Source: Deltaproteobacteria bacterium
Lineage (GTDB): Bacteria > Myxococcota > Kuafuiibacteriia > Kuafuiibacteriales > Kuafuiibacteriaceae
Direction of reading: 5' to 3'
Length of the DNA stretch: 64,000 bases
NCBI GenBank assembly: GCA_040218735.1
Contig: JAVJQW010000011.1
Location: 96,001 to 160,000, forward strand
Under the pieces are notes generated by a model. The model had not been told where the DNA came from and did not search any database. It saw nothing but the letters and a program-made list of their open reading frames with translations. This document shows, in pieces, positions 10,754 through 18,574 of the stretch (positions within the stretch are counted from its first letter, which is position 1; each line of letters begins with the position of its first letter). Position numbers and translations under genes: made by a program.

Positions 10754-11803
10754 TCACGTCACGCGGGCCATCACGGTCGTCCCCTCCGTCACCCCCTTCG
10801 ACGCCACGACCTCGAACCCGAAGTGCCCGTAGAACCGCTGCTGGTCCCGGGTCCCGAGCCACACCTTCTTCACGTCGCGGACCGCGGGGTGGTCGAGCAC
10901 GAGCCCCAGGACCGTCCGACCGACCCCCGTGCGTCGCCAGTCCGGGTCGACCGCGACGTCGTAGATCCACGCGTGTTTCGCGCCGTCCGTGACGGCGCGC
11001 GCCGTACCGATCAGTCGCCCCGCCGTGTCCCGTGCGCCGACCCAGACCGGGGAGCCGAGGTGAGATCGATCGATCTGCTCGGGGGTCACGCCGACGTTCC
11101 AGTAGGTGTCGAGGAGCAGCGCGCGGGCGCGCGAAAGATCACTCGGGCGCCCGCGGAGGAACAGCGACACCCCGTCGGGCGCGGCGAGGAACGCGGGGCA
11201 CGGCGCCTCGGGGTTCGCAGCGAGGATGCGTTCGATCGCCTCGAGATCCCGCGGCGCACCGCGACGCCAGAGCCCCTCGACGATCGCCCGCAGCTCGTGC
11301 GGCTTCTTGTGCTGCCCGAGCTTCACCTTCGCCACCGCGTCCGCGAGCGAGATGCGCCACAGCGCGAGGTTCTTCACCGCGTTCCTGTAGAGCGGATCGT
11401 CCGGCGTGATCGGGCGGTACCCCCCCTCCGGCTGATAACGCTCCATCAGCGCCTGGAGCGCCCTGGCCTTCTCGTCGTGGTCCTCGATCACCTCGATCGG
11501 CCCGGCCGCCTGCGCGCTCTCGTAGTACGTCGTCGCAGGGCACGCGCGCTCCGGGTCCACGAAGTGGCTCGGCACGTTCGCGACGATCCGCTCGCAGCTC
11601 ACCACGCCCGGCTGCCCCGCGAGCTCCGTCTTCTCCCCCTTCGGCGCGCCGTGCCACGCGAGCGCGCCGTCGACGACGACGCCGTGCACCGTGCGCAGGA
11701 CGGGCCGCCCGGCGGGGGTGACCGAGGCGAGGTGCACGACCTCGGCGCTTCGAAACAACTCCGCCGCCACCTCGGTGCCGGCGCGAAACAAGGCGCGACG
11801 CAT
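10754..11803 (-). CDS. Pyridoxamine 5'-phosphate oxidase-like (NimA/FMN split-barrel) domain fused to a GNAT acetyltransferase
   Basis: N-terminal WHGAPKGEK...ACPATTYYES...ALMERYQPEG; C-terminal AWIYDVAVDPDWRRTGVG...FYGHFGF. Confidence 0.85.
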   Translation of the reverse strand: MRRALFRAGTEVAAELFRSAEVVHLASVTPAGRPVLRTVHGVVVDGALAWHGAPKGEKTELAGQPGVVSCERIVANVPSHFVDPERACPATTYYESAQAAGPIEVIEDHDEKARALQALMERYQPEGGYRPITPDDPLYRNAVKNLALWRISLADAVAKVKLGQHKKPHELRAIVEGLWRRGAPRDLEAIERILAANPEAPCPAFLAAPDGVSLFLRGRPSDLSRARALLLDTYWNVGVTPEQIDRSHLGSPVWVGARDTAGRLIGTARAVTDGAKHAWIYDVAVDPDWRRTGVGRTVLGLVLDHPAVRDVKKVWLGTRDQQRFYGHFGFEVVASKGVTEGTTVMARVT

Positions 11804-11825
11804 GGGTGATTCATCGCCGATCCAG

Positions 11826-11871
11826 TGGACTACTCAGAAGGTCCAGATTGGATAAATCGACTAGTCCAGAT
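11826..11871. promoter_or_regulatory. Putative MocR-family operator: two direct repeats plus one inverted repeat
   Basis: GTCCAGAT at 11841-11848 and 11864-11871, with inverted TGGAC at 11826-11830, in the divergent intergenic region. MocR/GabR operators have this arrangement. Confidence 0.65.
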
Positions 11872-11897
11872 GTGGCCGCTCCTATACCCTCCACGAA

Positions 11898-13340
11898 GTG
11901 AGCGCCTGGACGTTCGGCCTCGACCTCGACGAATCGCTCGACACGCCCGTGTTTCTCCAGATCGCCCGGCAGATCCTGGAGGCCATCCAGGCGCGCCGTC
12001 TGAAACCCGAGGAGCGCCTCCCCGGCACGCGAACCCTCGCCGAGACGCTCGGCGTCCACCGCAACACCGTCGTCGCCGCGTACGACGAGCTGGTCGCCGA
12101 GGGCTGGGTGGAGTCTTCACCCGCCAAGGGCACGTTCGTCGCGCGCGACCTCCCGCTCCACCGCGCTCGCCCCCCCGCCGAGCACCTCGCGCGCCGACCC
12201 GGCTTCGACCTCGGCCCCGCGCCCGCCTACCGCACCACCTACGAGCCGCCGAAGGATCGCGACGTCATCACCCTCGCGGGCGGCGCGCCGGATCTCGACC
12301 GCGTCCCCAAGGCCGCCCTCGCGCGCGCGTACCGGCGCGCGCTCCTCGGCCGCGCGCCGCTCCTCGACTACGGCGACCCGCGCGGCGACCCCGCGCTCCG
12401 CGAGCAGCTCGCGGCGATGCTCGCGCAGGAGCGTGGCGTCGTCGCGACGCCGGACGAGGTGCTCGTCGTACGCGGCTCGCAGATGGGCCTGCGCCTCGTC
12501 GCGGAGGCGTTCGTCGGCCCGAAGGACCGCGTGGCGGTGGAGGCGATCGGCTATCCGCCCGCGTGGGTCGCGCTCGGCCGCGGTCGACTCCACCCCGTGC
12601 CAGTCGACGCCGACGGCCTCGACGTCGACGCCCTCGCCCGCCTCGCTGCGAAGCGCCCCCTGCGCGCGGTCTACGTGACCCCGCACCACCAGTACCCGAC
12701 GCTCGTGGTGCTCTCCGCGGCCCGCCGCCTCGCGCTCCTCGACCTCGCGCGCCGGCACCGCTTCGTCATCATCGAGGACGACTACGACAACGAGGTCCAC
12801 TACCGCGGCCGCCCCGTCCTCCCCCTCGCGAGCGCGGACCGGTACGGCGTGGTCGTCTACGTCGGGACCCTCTCCAAGGTCCTCGCCCCGGGGCTCCGGC
12901 TCGGCTACGTCGTCGCCCCCGAACCCGTGATCCAGCGCCTCGCGGAGCACCGGCGCTTCCTGGACCGGCAGGGCGATCGCGTCGTCGAGCGGGCCGTCGC
13001 GGAGCTGATGGAGGACGGGGAGGTCCAGCGCCACGCGCGCCGAATGCGACGGCTGTACGGGCAACGCCGGGAGGCGGCCCTCGAGCAGCTCGACCGTCAC
13101 CTCGGCGATGTCCTGCGGGTCGAGTCCCACGACGGCGGGATGGCGCTGTGGGCTCACGCGCCGGGTGTGGACGTGGACAAATGGGCCAGATCCGCCGAGG
13201 CAAACGGCGTGTGGTTCGCGACGGCGCGCCGGTTCACCTTCGACGGGCGCCCGCGGCCCTATCTGAGGCTGGGATTCGCATCCTTGGACGAGCGCGCCTT
13301 CGCGCGGGCCGTCCGACGAATGACCGAAGCACTTCCCTGA
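11898..13340 (+). CDS. MocR/GabR-family (GntR + PLP aminotransferase fold) transcriptional regulator
   Basis: LPGTRTLAETLGVHRNTVVAAYDELVAEGW HTH; VYVTPHHQYPT, IIEDDYD, YVGTLSKVLAPGLRLGY. Confidence 0.95.
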   Translation: MSAWTFGLDLDESLDTPVFLQIARQILEAIQARRLKPEERLPGTRTLAETLGVHRNTVVAAYDELVAEGWVESSPAKGTFVARDLPLHRARPPAEHLARRPGFDLGPAPAYRTTYEPPKDRDVITLAGGAPDLDRVPKAALARAYRRALLGRAPLLDYGDPRGDPALREQLAAMLAQERGVVATPDEVLVVRGSQMGLRLVAEAFVGPKDRVAVEAIGYPPAWVALGRGRLHPVPVDADGLDVDALARLAAKRPLRAVYVTPHHQYPTLVVLSAARRLALLDLARRHRFVIIEDDYDNEVHYRGRPVLPLASADRYGVVVYVGTLSKVLAPGLRLGYVVAPEPVIQRLAEHRRFLDRQGDRVVERAVAELMEDGEVQRHARRMRRLYGQRREAALEQLDRHLGDVLRVESHDGGMALWAHAPGVDVDKWARSAEANGVWFATARRFTFDGRPRPYLRLGFASLDERAFARAVRRMTEALP

Positions 13341-13384
13341 ATCGCGCGGGCGACCGATGGCCGGATCGTGCCCTCCTCCTGACA

Positions 13385-15766
13385 ATGCCCGACGTGACGC
13401 ACGCCCGGCTCGTCCGAACGCTGGCCCTCGCCGGCCTCCTCCTCTCTTGTTACGCGTGCACCAGCGGCTCGACCGACGGCACTTGCGCCGTCAGCCTCGA
13501 CTGCGGCGAAGGCGGCGTCTGCGTCGCCGGTCAGTGCATCGTCGCGAACACCCCCGAGTGCACGACGAACGAAGAGTGCGCGCTCGGCGAAGTGTGCCTC
13601 CCGGACACGAACACCTGCGGCGAGCCGCCGCTCGTGAGCTGCGCGACCGACACCGAGTGCCCCGACCATCAGCGCTGCAACCAGGCGACCGGCGTCTGCG
13701 TCGACGGCGTGCGTCCCTGCACCGGCGCGGACCCGAACGAGTGCCCCGGCCGCTACTGCGACACGGGCCGTCAGGTCTGCGTGGACTGCCTCGCGCCCGA
13801 GCACTGCAGCTCGCCGGAGATCTGCGTCGAGAACAGCTGCATCGATCCGATGAACCCGGGCCCCGGCCCGATGAACGAGTGCGTCGACGACGCGAGCTGC
13901 AACCCGCCGATGACGATCTGCGAGGGCAACATGTGCGTGCTCGGCTGCGGCAACCCCGGCGGTGTGCAGTGCATGAACGGCGACATCTGCGACACGAACA
14001 CCGGTCGCTGTGTGTCGCTGCAGGGCCCCTGCACGATGGACTCCGAGTGTTCGCCGCCGATGACGGTGTGTGAGACGGGCCAATGCATCCCGGGTTGTCA
14101 CCGCGTCGGTGGGCTTCAGTGCCCGGGCGGCGAAGTTTGCAACCCCAGCACCGGGCGGTGCCGTGGGGGCGGACCGATCTGCACGTCGGACCTCGACTGC
14201 AACGCGCCGATGACGGTGTGCAACCTCTTCTCCGGCGCGTGTGAGCCGGGCTGCGGCACGGCGGGGTGCACGGCGCCCGAGATGTGCAACACCGCGACGG
14301 GGCACTGCGAGGGCGGCCAGGCGTGCAGCCCCGACCGCTACGAGCCGAACGATACGCGCGCCGCTGCGGCGATGATCAACGGCGGTCTGCAGAGCGGGCT
14401 CACGTTGTGCCCCGGCGACGAGGACTTCTTCCAGGTCGCGCTCGGCACGAACGACTCCGTCGACATCACGGTCGACTTCGTCCACGGCGAGGGCAACATC
14501 GACATCCAGCTCCTCGATCCGAACGGCACCGTCGTGCAGAGCTCTGCGACGCAGACCGGCCAGGAGACGATCTCGCTGATGGCGACGACGGCCGGCGTCT
14601 ACACGGTGCGTGTCTACCTGACGCAAGACCTCGGGCCGAACCCAGGAAACTCGTACACGATGAACATCTCGGCGAACGTCGCCGCGTGCCCGCAGGACCA
14701 GTTCGAGGACAACGACGAGGACTTCGGCGCGCCGCTCATCTTCCCCGGGAGCCACACGCTCAACGTGTGCGTGGGCGACGAGGACTACTTCGACGTCATC
14801 CTCACGGAGGGTGAGACGCTCGAGGTGGAGGCCGTCTTCTCACACGCGGAGGGGGACATCGACATCCAGATCCTCGGGCTGCTCGGCATCCCGCTCGCGT
14901 CGAGCGCGTCGTCGACGGACAACGAGCAGGTCTCGTACACGGCGAACAACGTCGGCTTCTTCACCATCCGCGTCGCGCTGTTCTCCGACACTGGTACGAT
15001 GCCCGGGAACCCGTACCAGCTGAACATCAACGTGACGTCCGCGCCGCCGATGATGTGCACGGCGGACGCGCAGGAACCGAACGACACCGCGGCGGCCGCG
15101 TCGTCGCTCGGCATCGGCAACCACGCGAACCTGCACTCGTGCACGGACGACGACTTCTACGCGTTCTCGTTCTCGCAGGGTGACGACGTGTCGGTCGCGG
15201 TGAGCTTCTCGGACGCCGAGGGGGACATCGACATCGAGCTGCTGAACCCGTCCGGCACCGTGGTGGCGAGCGGGACGACGAACACCGACGACGAAAACAT
15301 CAGCTACACCGTCGCGACCGCGGGCACGCATCGCTTGCGGGTGTTCTTGTACGGCGACGCGGGGTCGGTCGTCGGCAACCCGTACACGTTGAACGTGGGC
15401 GTGGCGGGCGCGGCGACGTGCTCGGCCGACACCTACGAGCCGAACAACACCCAGGCGCTCGGGGCGTCGTTGACGTCCGGGACGTACGCCAACCTCACGT
15501 CCTGCGTGATGGACGACGACTTCTACACGGTGCCGATCACCAACGGGGCGCCGTTCGTCGCCAACCTCACGTTCGTGGACGCGGAGGGCGACATCGACGT
15601 GGAGCTGCTCGATCCGAGCGGTACGATCGCCGCCAGCTCGGCGTCCGCGACCGACAACGAGCAGATCAACTACACGCCCACCGTGAGCGGGAACTTCTCG
15701 CTGCGCGTGTACCTGTACGGGGACGCAGGCTCCGTGCCGGGGAACACGTACACCCTCACGTTCTAG
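13385..15766 (+). CDS. Cys-rich secreted protein/lipoprotein with about 4 pre-peptidase C-terminal (PPC)-like modules
   Basis: Signal/lipobox-like LLLSCYAC; many C-x4-C..C repeats; repeated D-x-x-E-(P/D)-N-D...DFY...EGDIDIELL..G modules. ATG at 13385 is in frame with ORF 11825..15766. Confidence 0.85.
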   Translation: MPDVTHARLVRTLALAGLLLSCYACTSGSTDGTCAVSLDCGEGGVCVAGQCIVANTPECTTNEECALGEVCLPDTNTCGEPPLVSCATDTECPDHQRCNQATGVCVDGVRPCTGADPNECPGRYCDTGRQVCVDCLAPEHCSSPEICVENSCIDPMNPGPGPMNECVDDASCNPPMTICEGNMCVLGCGNPGGVQCMNGDICDTNTGRCVSLQGPCTMDSECSPPMTVCETGQCIPGCHRVGGLQCPGGEVCNPSTGRCRGGGPICTSDLDCNAPMTVCNLFSGACEPGCGTAGCTAPEMCNTATGHCEGGQACSPDRYEPNDTRAAAAMINGGLQSGLTLCPGDEDFFQVALGTNDSVDITVDFVHGEGNIDIQLLDPNGTVVQSSATQTGQETISLMATTAGVYTVRVYLTQDLGPNPGNSYTMNISANVAACPQDQFEDNDEDFGAPLIFPGSHTLNVCVGDEDYFDVILTEGETLEVEAVFSHAEGDIDIQILGLLGIPLASSASSTDNEQVSYTANNVGFFTIRVALFSDTGTMPGNPYQLNINVTSAPPMMCTADAQEPNDTAAAASSLGIGNHANLHSCTDDDFYAFSFSQGDDVSVAVSFSDAEGDIDIELLNPSGTVVASGTTNTDDENISYTVATAGTHRLRVFLYGDAGSVVGNPYTLNVGVAGAATCSADTYEPNNTQALGASLTSGTYANLTSCVMDDDFYTVPITNGAPFVANLTFVDAEGDIDVELLDPSGTIAASSASATDNEQINYTPTVSGNFSLRVYLYGDAGSVPGNTYTLTF

Positions 15767-15920
15767 GCCATAACGCCGCTCCGCTTCGCGGACCGCCTTG
15801 GCCAGTCTTCGGACCGGCCGAATTCGCGGCCGGCCTCAGCCTAGAGGGCGTGAGCGGCTCGGACCCGCGCTCGACTTTCGGTACGATTCCCGCCGGTTCG
15901 CCTCGGGCGGCTCGGCACTC

Positions 15921-18554
15921 ATGACCTCGACCGTGATCGGCAACGGGCGCTACGCGATCCTCGACGAGATCGCGCGCGGCGCTTTCAAGACGGTGTGGCG
16001 CGCGAAAGATCTCGCGCTGTGCACCGACGTCGCCCTCGCGGTGCTCCACCCGCAGGACGACGAGGCGGAGTCTCGTACCGCATTCTGGCGCGAGACCCGT
16101 GCCATCGCGATGCTCAAGCAGGACCTGCCGGAGCACGTGCGGCCCTTTGGCTCGCGCGTGGTGACGATGACGGACTTCGGGGAGCTGGAGGACAAGCTCC
16201 CCTACCGCGGGTTGTACATCGCGACGGAGATGGTCGCGGGCCGAACGCTGCGCGAGCTGCGCGACGAGATGCCGATGGACTGGCGGCGCGCGTGCCGACT
16301 GTGCGCGGGGGTGTTGGAGGCGCTCGAGCTGAGCCACACGCCGACGCCGCACCGCGGGCCGATCATCCACCGCGACATCAAACCGGCCAATGTGATCGTC
16401 GGCGAGGACGACGCGATCACGGTGATCGACTTCGGCGTCGCGAAGGTCACGGAGTCGACGGCGACGGCTTTGAGTCAGGTCGTCGGGACACCGCAGTACA
16501 TGGCGCCGGAGCAGCTCGATCCTGGGCGGCCGATCACGCCGAGCGTCGACCTGTTCGCGACGGGCGTGATGCTGCACGAGATGCTGACCGGACGGGTGCC
16601 GTGGTCGCGCTCGAACCTCGCGGAGGTCTTTGCGTTCTACCGCGCGACGCAGGAGGGGCAGGTGCCGGCGCTGCGGCTCTTGGACGGGCTCGACCTCCCC
16701 GCCGCGGTCGACATGGTCCTGCGCTCCTCACTCGCCGCGGACGCCGTCGCGCGCCCGGAGAGCGCGCTTGCGATGCGCGACGTGCTGCTCGGCGCCGCGG
16801 GGCGTCCGGACGAGGACGCGGTCCCGCTGCTGGAGCTGCCGTCACTCGATGAGCTGTCGGAGCGGACGCTGTTGGATCGCCCCACCGACGACACCGACCG
16901 CGAGCCGCTGGGGCCGGAGGCGTTGGCGGCACACTTCGGCATCACGGCGGAGACGGCGCCGGCCGACGACGTGGACATCGACGTCACCGACGAGACGACA
17001 CCGTACGCAAACTTCCCGGTCACGGCGGAGGTCTCACCGATCGAGGAGCTCCCGGTCACCGCGGAGGTGCCCCCGATCGAGGAGCTCCCGACGGCCGAGA
17101 TGCCGGCCGTCGTAGAGCGCGCGCCCCCACCGGCCGTCGCCGAGGTCGGCGCGGGCGTCGCCGATACGATCCGGCCCGCGCCGACGCACCGACGCACCCC
17201 GGTGCCGCAGCTGTCCGCCGCGCCGGTCGAGGGTGTGCGCGGGGAGAAGAGGAAGACGAAGGCGAAGAAAGACTCGGGCGAGGTGACGATCTCGGGCGTG
17301 TGGATCGCCGCGGCCGTCGCGGCGTTTGCGTTGCTCGCGTTCGCGGTGACTTGGGTCGTGCGCTTCGGGCCGACGGAGCGGACGGTGGTGACCGTCGCGC
17401 CCAAACCCGGTCCGGGTCCCGGTACCGGTCCGGGTCCCGGGACGTATGCGGTGCGCGCGGGGGCGGACGTTGGGGCGGGCCGTCGAACGGGGTCGGAGTC
17501 GGGATCGGACTCGGAGGCGGGATCGGGATCGGACTCGGGATCGGACTCGGACTCGGGATCGGACTCGGACTCGGGATCGCACTCGGGATCGGACTCGGGA
17601 TCGGACTCGGGATCGGACTCGGGATCGGACTCGGAGTCGGGGTCAGGTTCGGGAGCCGGATCCGGGTCGGGAGCCGGGTCCGCGTCCGGATCCGAGTCCG
17701 GATCCGAGTCCGTGTCCGAGTCCGCGTCCGGATCCGCGTCCGGATCCGCGTCCGGATCCGAGTCCGGATCCGAGTCCGTGTCCGGATCCGAGTCCGTGTC
17801 CGGATCCGAGTCCGAGTCCGGATCCGAGTCCGTGTCCGGATCCGAGTCCGCGTCGAAGTCCGGTTCCCCGTCCAAGCCAGGTTCCCAGACCGGCGCCTCC
17901 GCCGCTTCCGGGACCCGGCCCGGGACCGGTACCGGGACCGGGGTTGTGGTTAAGATACCGGCCGACGACTTCCTCGCCGCCGCCGAGAAGGCGCTCCTCA
18001 CCGACCGCCTCGCCGACGCCGACGAGGCGCTCGCGCGTTGCCTGCAGATCGAGCCGACGCACAAGCGGTGCCGTCAGACCTACGGGATCCTCGCGGCGCG
18101 GGGATACCGGCGCAGAGGTGCCGACGCGAAGGCGAAGCCGATCGACGACGCGGCGCGGGTGATGAAGGCCTGGGACGCGCCGAGCGACGCGCCGACGATC
18201 GCGTCGCCCGCGGGCGACGACGGCGACGTGCTGCCGCCGCCGACGTCGTGGATCAGACTGGAGTCGCCAAAGGAGGACATCGACCTGCTGCAGATCTCCG
18301 CGGAGCGGGAGCTGTCGATCACCGGGTGCATCCGAAGCCACCCCGAGGAGCGGCGCGGACGGCCCGACGCGATGCGCGTGCACCTGCTCGTGCGGCACGA
18401 CGGGTTCCCGGCGCGGGTGCGCGTGGGGCCGTCGAAGTGGTCGGCTTCGCGCGCGGCGATTTGCTTGGAGAACCTGGTGATGAACTGGCGCTTCCCGTCG
18501 ATCGCGGGTGAGGCGCGCCCGGCGTTCTTCGACGTGGTGATGAGCCCGGAGTAG
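15921..18554 (+). CDS. Membrane Ser/Thr kinase with WNK-like lysine position, Ser/Gly/Asp-rich stalk, TPR-like segment and AgmX/PglI (TonB-C-like) C-terminal domain
   Basis: [32 protein letters not shown]; TM segment VWIAAAVAAFALLAFAVTWVV; C-terminal ITGCI...CLENLVMNWRFP. Confidence 0.88.
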   Translation: MTSTVIGNGRYAILDEIARGAFKTVWRAKDLALCTDVALAVLHPQDDEAESRTAFWRETRAIAMLKQDLPEHVRPFGSRVVTMTDFGELEDKLPYRGLYIATEMVAGRTLRELRDEMPMDWRRACRLCAGVLEALELSHTPTPHRGPIIHRDIKPANVIVGEDDAITVIDFGVAKVTESTATALSQVVGTPQYMAPEQLDPGRPITPSVDLFATGVMLHEMLTGRVPWSRSNLAEVFAFYRATQEGQVPALRLLDGLDLPAAVDMVLRSSLAADAVARPESALAMRDVLLGAAGRPDEDAVPLLELPSLDELSERTLLDRPTDDTDREPLGPEALAAHFGITAETAPADDVDIDVTDETTPYANFPVTAEVSPIEELPVTAEVPPIEELPTAEMPAVVERAPPPAVAEVGAGVADTIRPAPTHRRTPVPQLSAAPVEGVRGEKRKTKAKKDSGEVTISGVWIAAAVAAFALLAFAVTWVVRFGPTERTVVTVAPKPGPGPGTGPGPGTYAVRAGADVGAGRRTGSESGSDSEAGSGSDSGSDSDSGSDSDSGSHSGSDSGSDSGSDSGSDSESGSGSGAGSGSGAGSASGSESGSESVSESASGSASGSASGSESGSESVSGSESVSGSESESGSESVSGSESASKSGSPSKPGSQTGASAASGTRPGTGTGTGVVVKIPADDFLAAAEKALLTDRLADADEALARCLQIEPTHKRCRQTYGILAARGYRRRGADAKAKPIDDAARVMKAWDAPSDAPTIASPAGDDGDVLPPPTSWIRLESPKEDIDLLQISAERELSITGCIRSHPEERRGRPDAMRVHLLVRHDGFPARVRVGPSKWSASRAAICLENLVMNWRFPSIAGEARPAFFDVVMSPE
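17406..17941. repeat. In-frame hexamer tandem repeats arranged as an imperfect inverted repeat
   Basis: (GGATCG/GACTCG)n at about 17490-17642 and (GGATCC/GAGTCC)n at about 17676-17850; outer arms GGTCCCGGTACCGGTCC (17415-17431) and GGACCGGTACCGGGACC (17923-17939) are exact reverse complements. Confidence 0.85.
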
Positions 18555-18574
18555 GTTGCCTCCGCGTCCCGAAG

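Noticed and set aside
11825-13384. Apparent 520-aa N-terminal extension of the Cys-rich/PPC protein
   Set aside because: Arg/Pro-rich off-frame read-through overlapping the MocR gene; the signal peptide starts at ATG 13385.
17490-17850. Possible CRISPR array
   Set aside because: Hexamer tandem repeats with no unique spacers, in frame in a CDS; no cas genes in the window.
16637-18064. Antisense ORF with (DP/DS)n repeats
   Set aside because: A by-product of the repeat tract on the opposite strand of the kinase.
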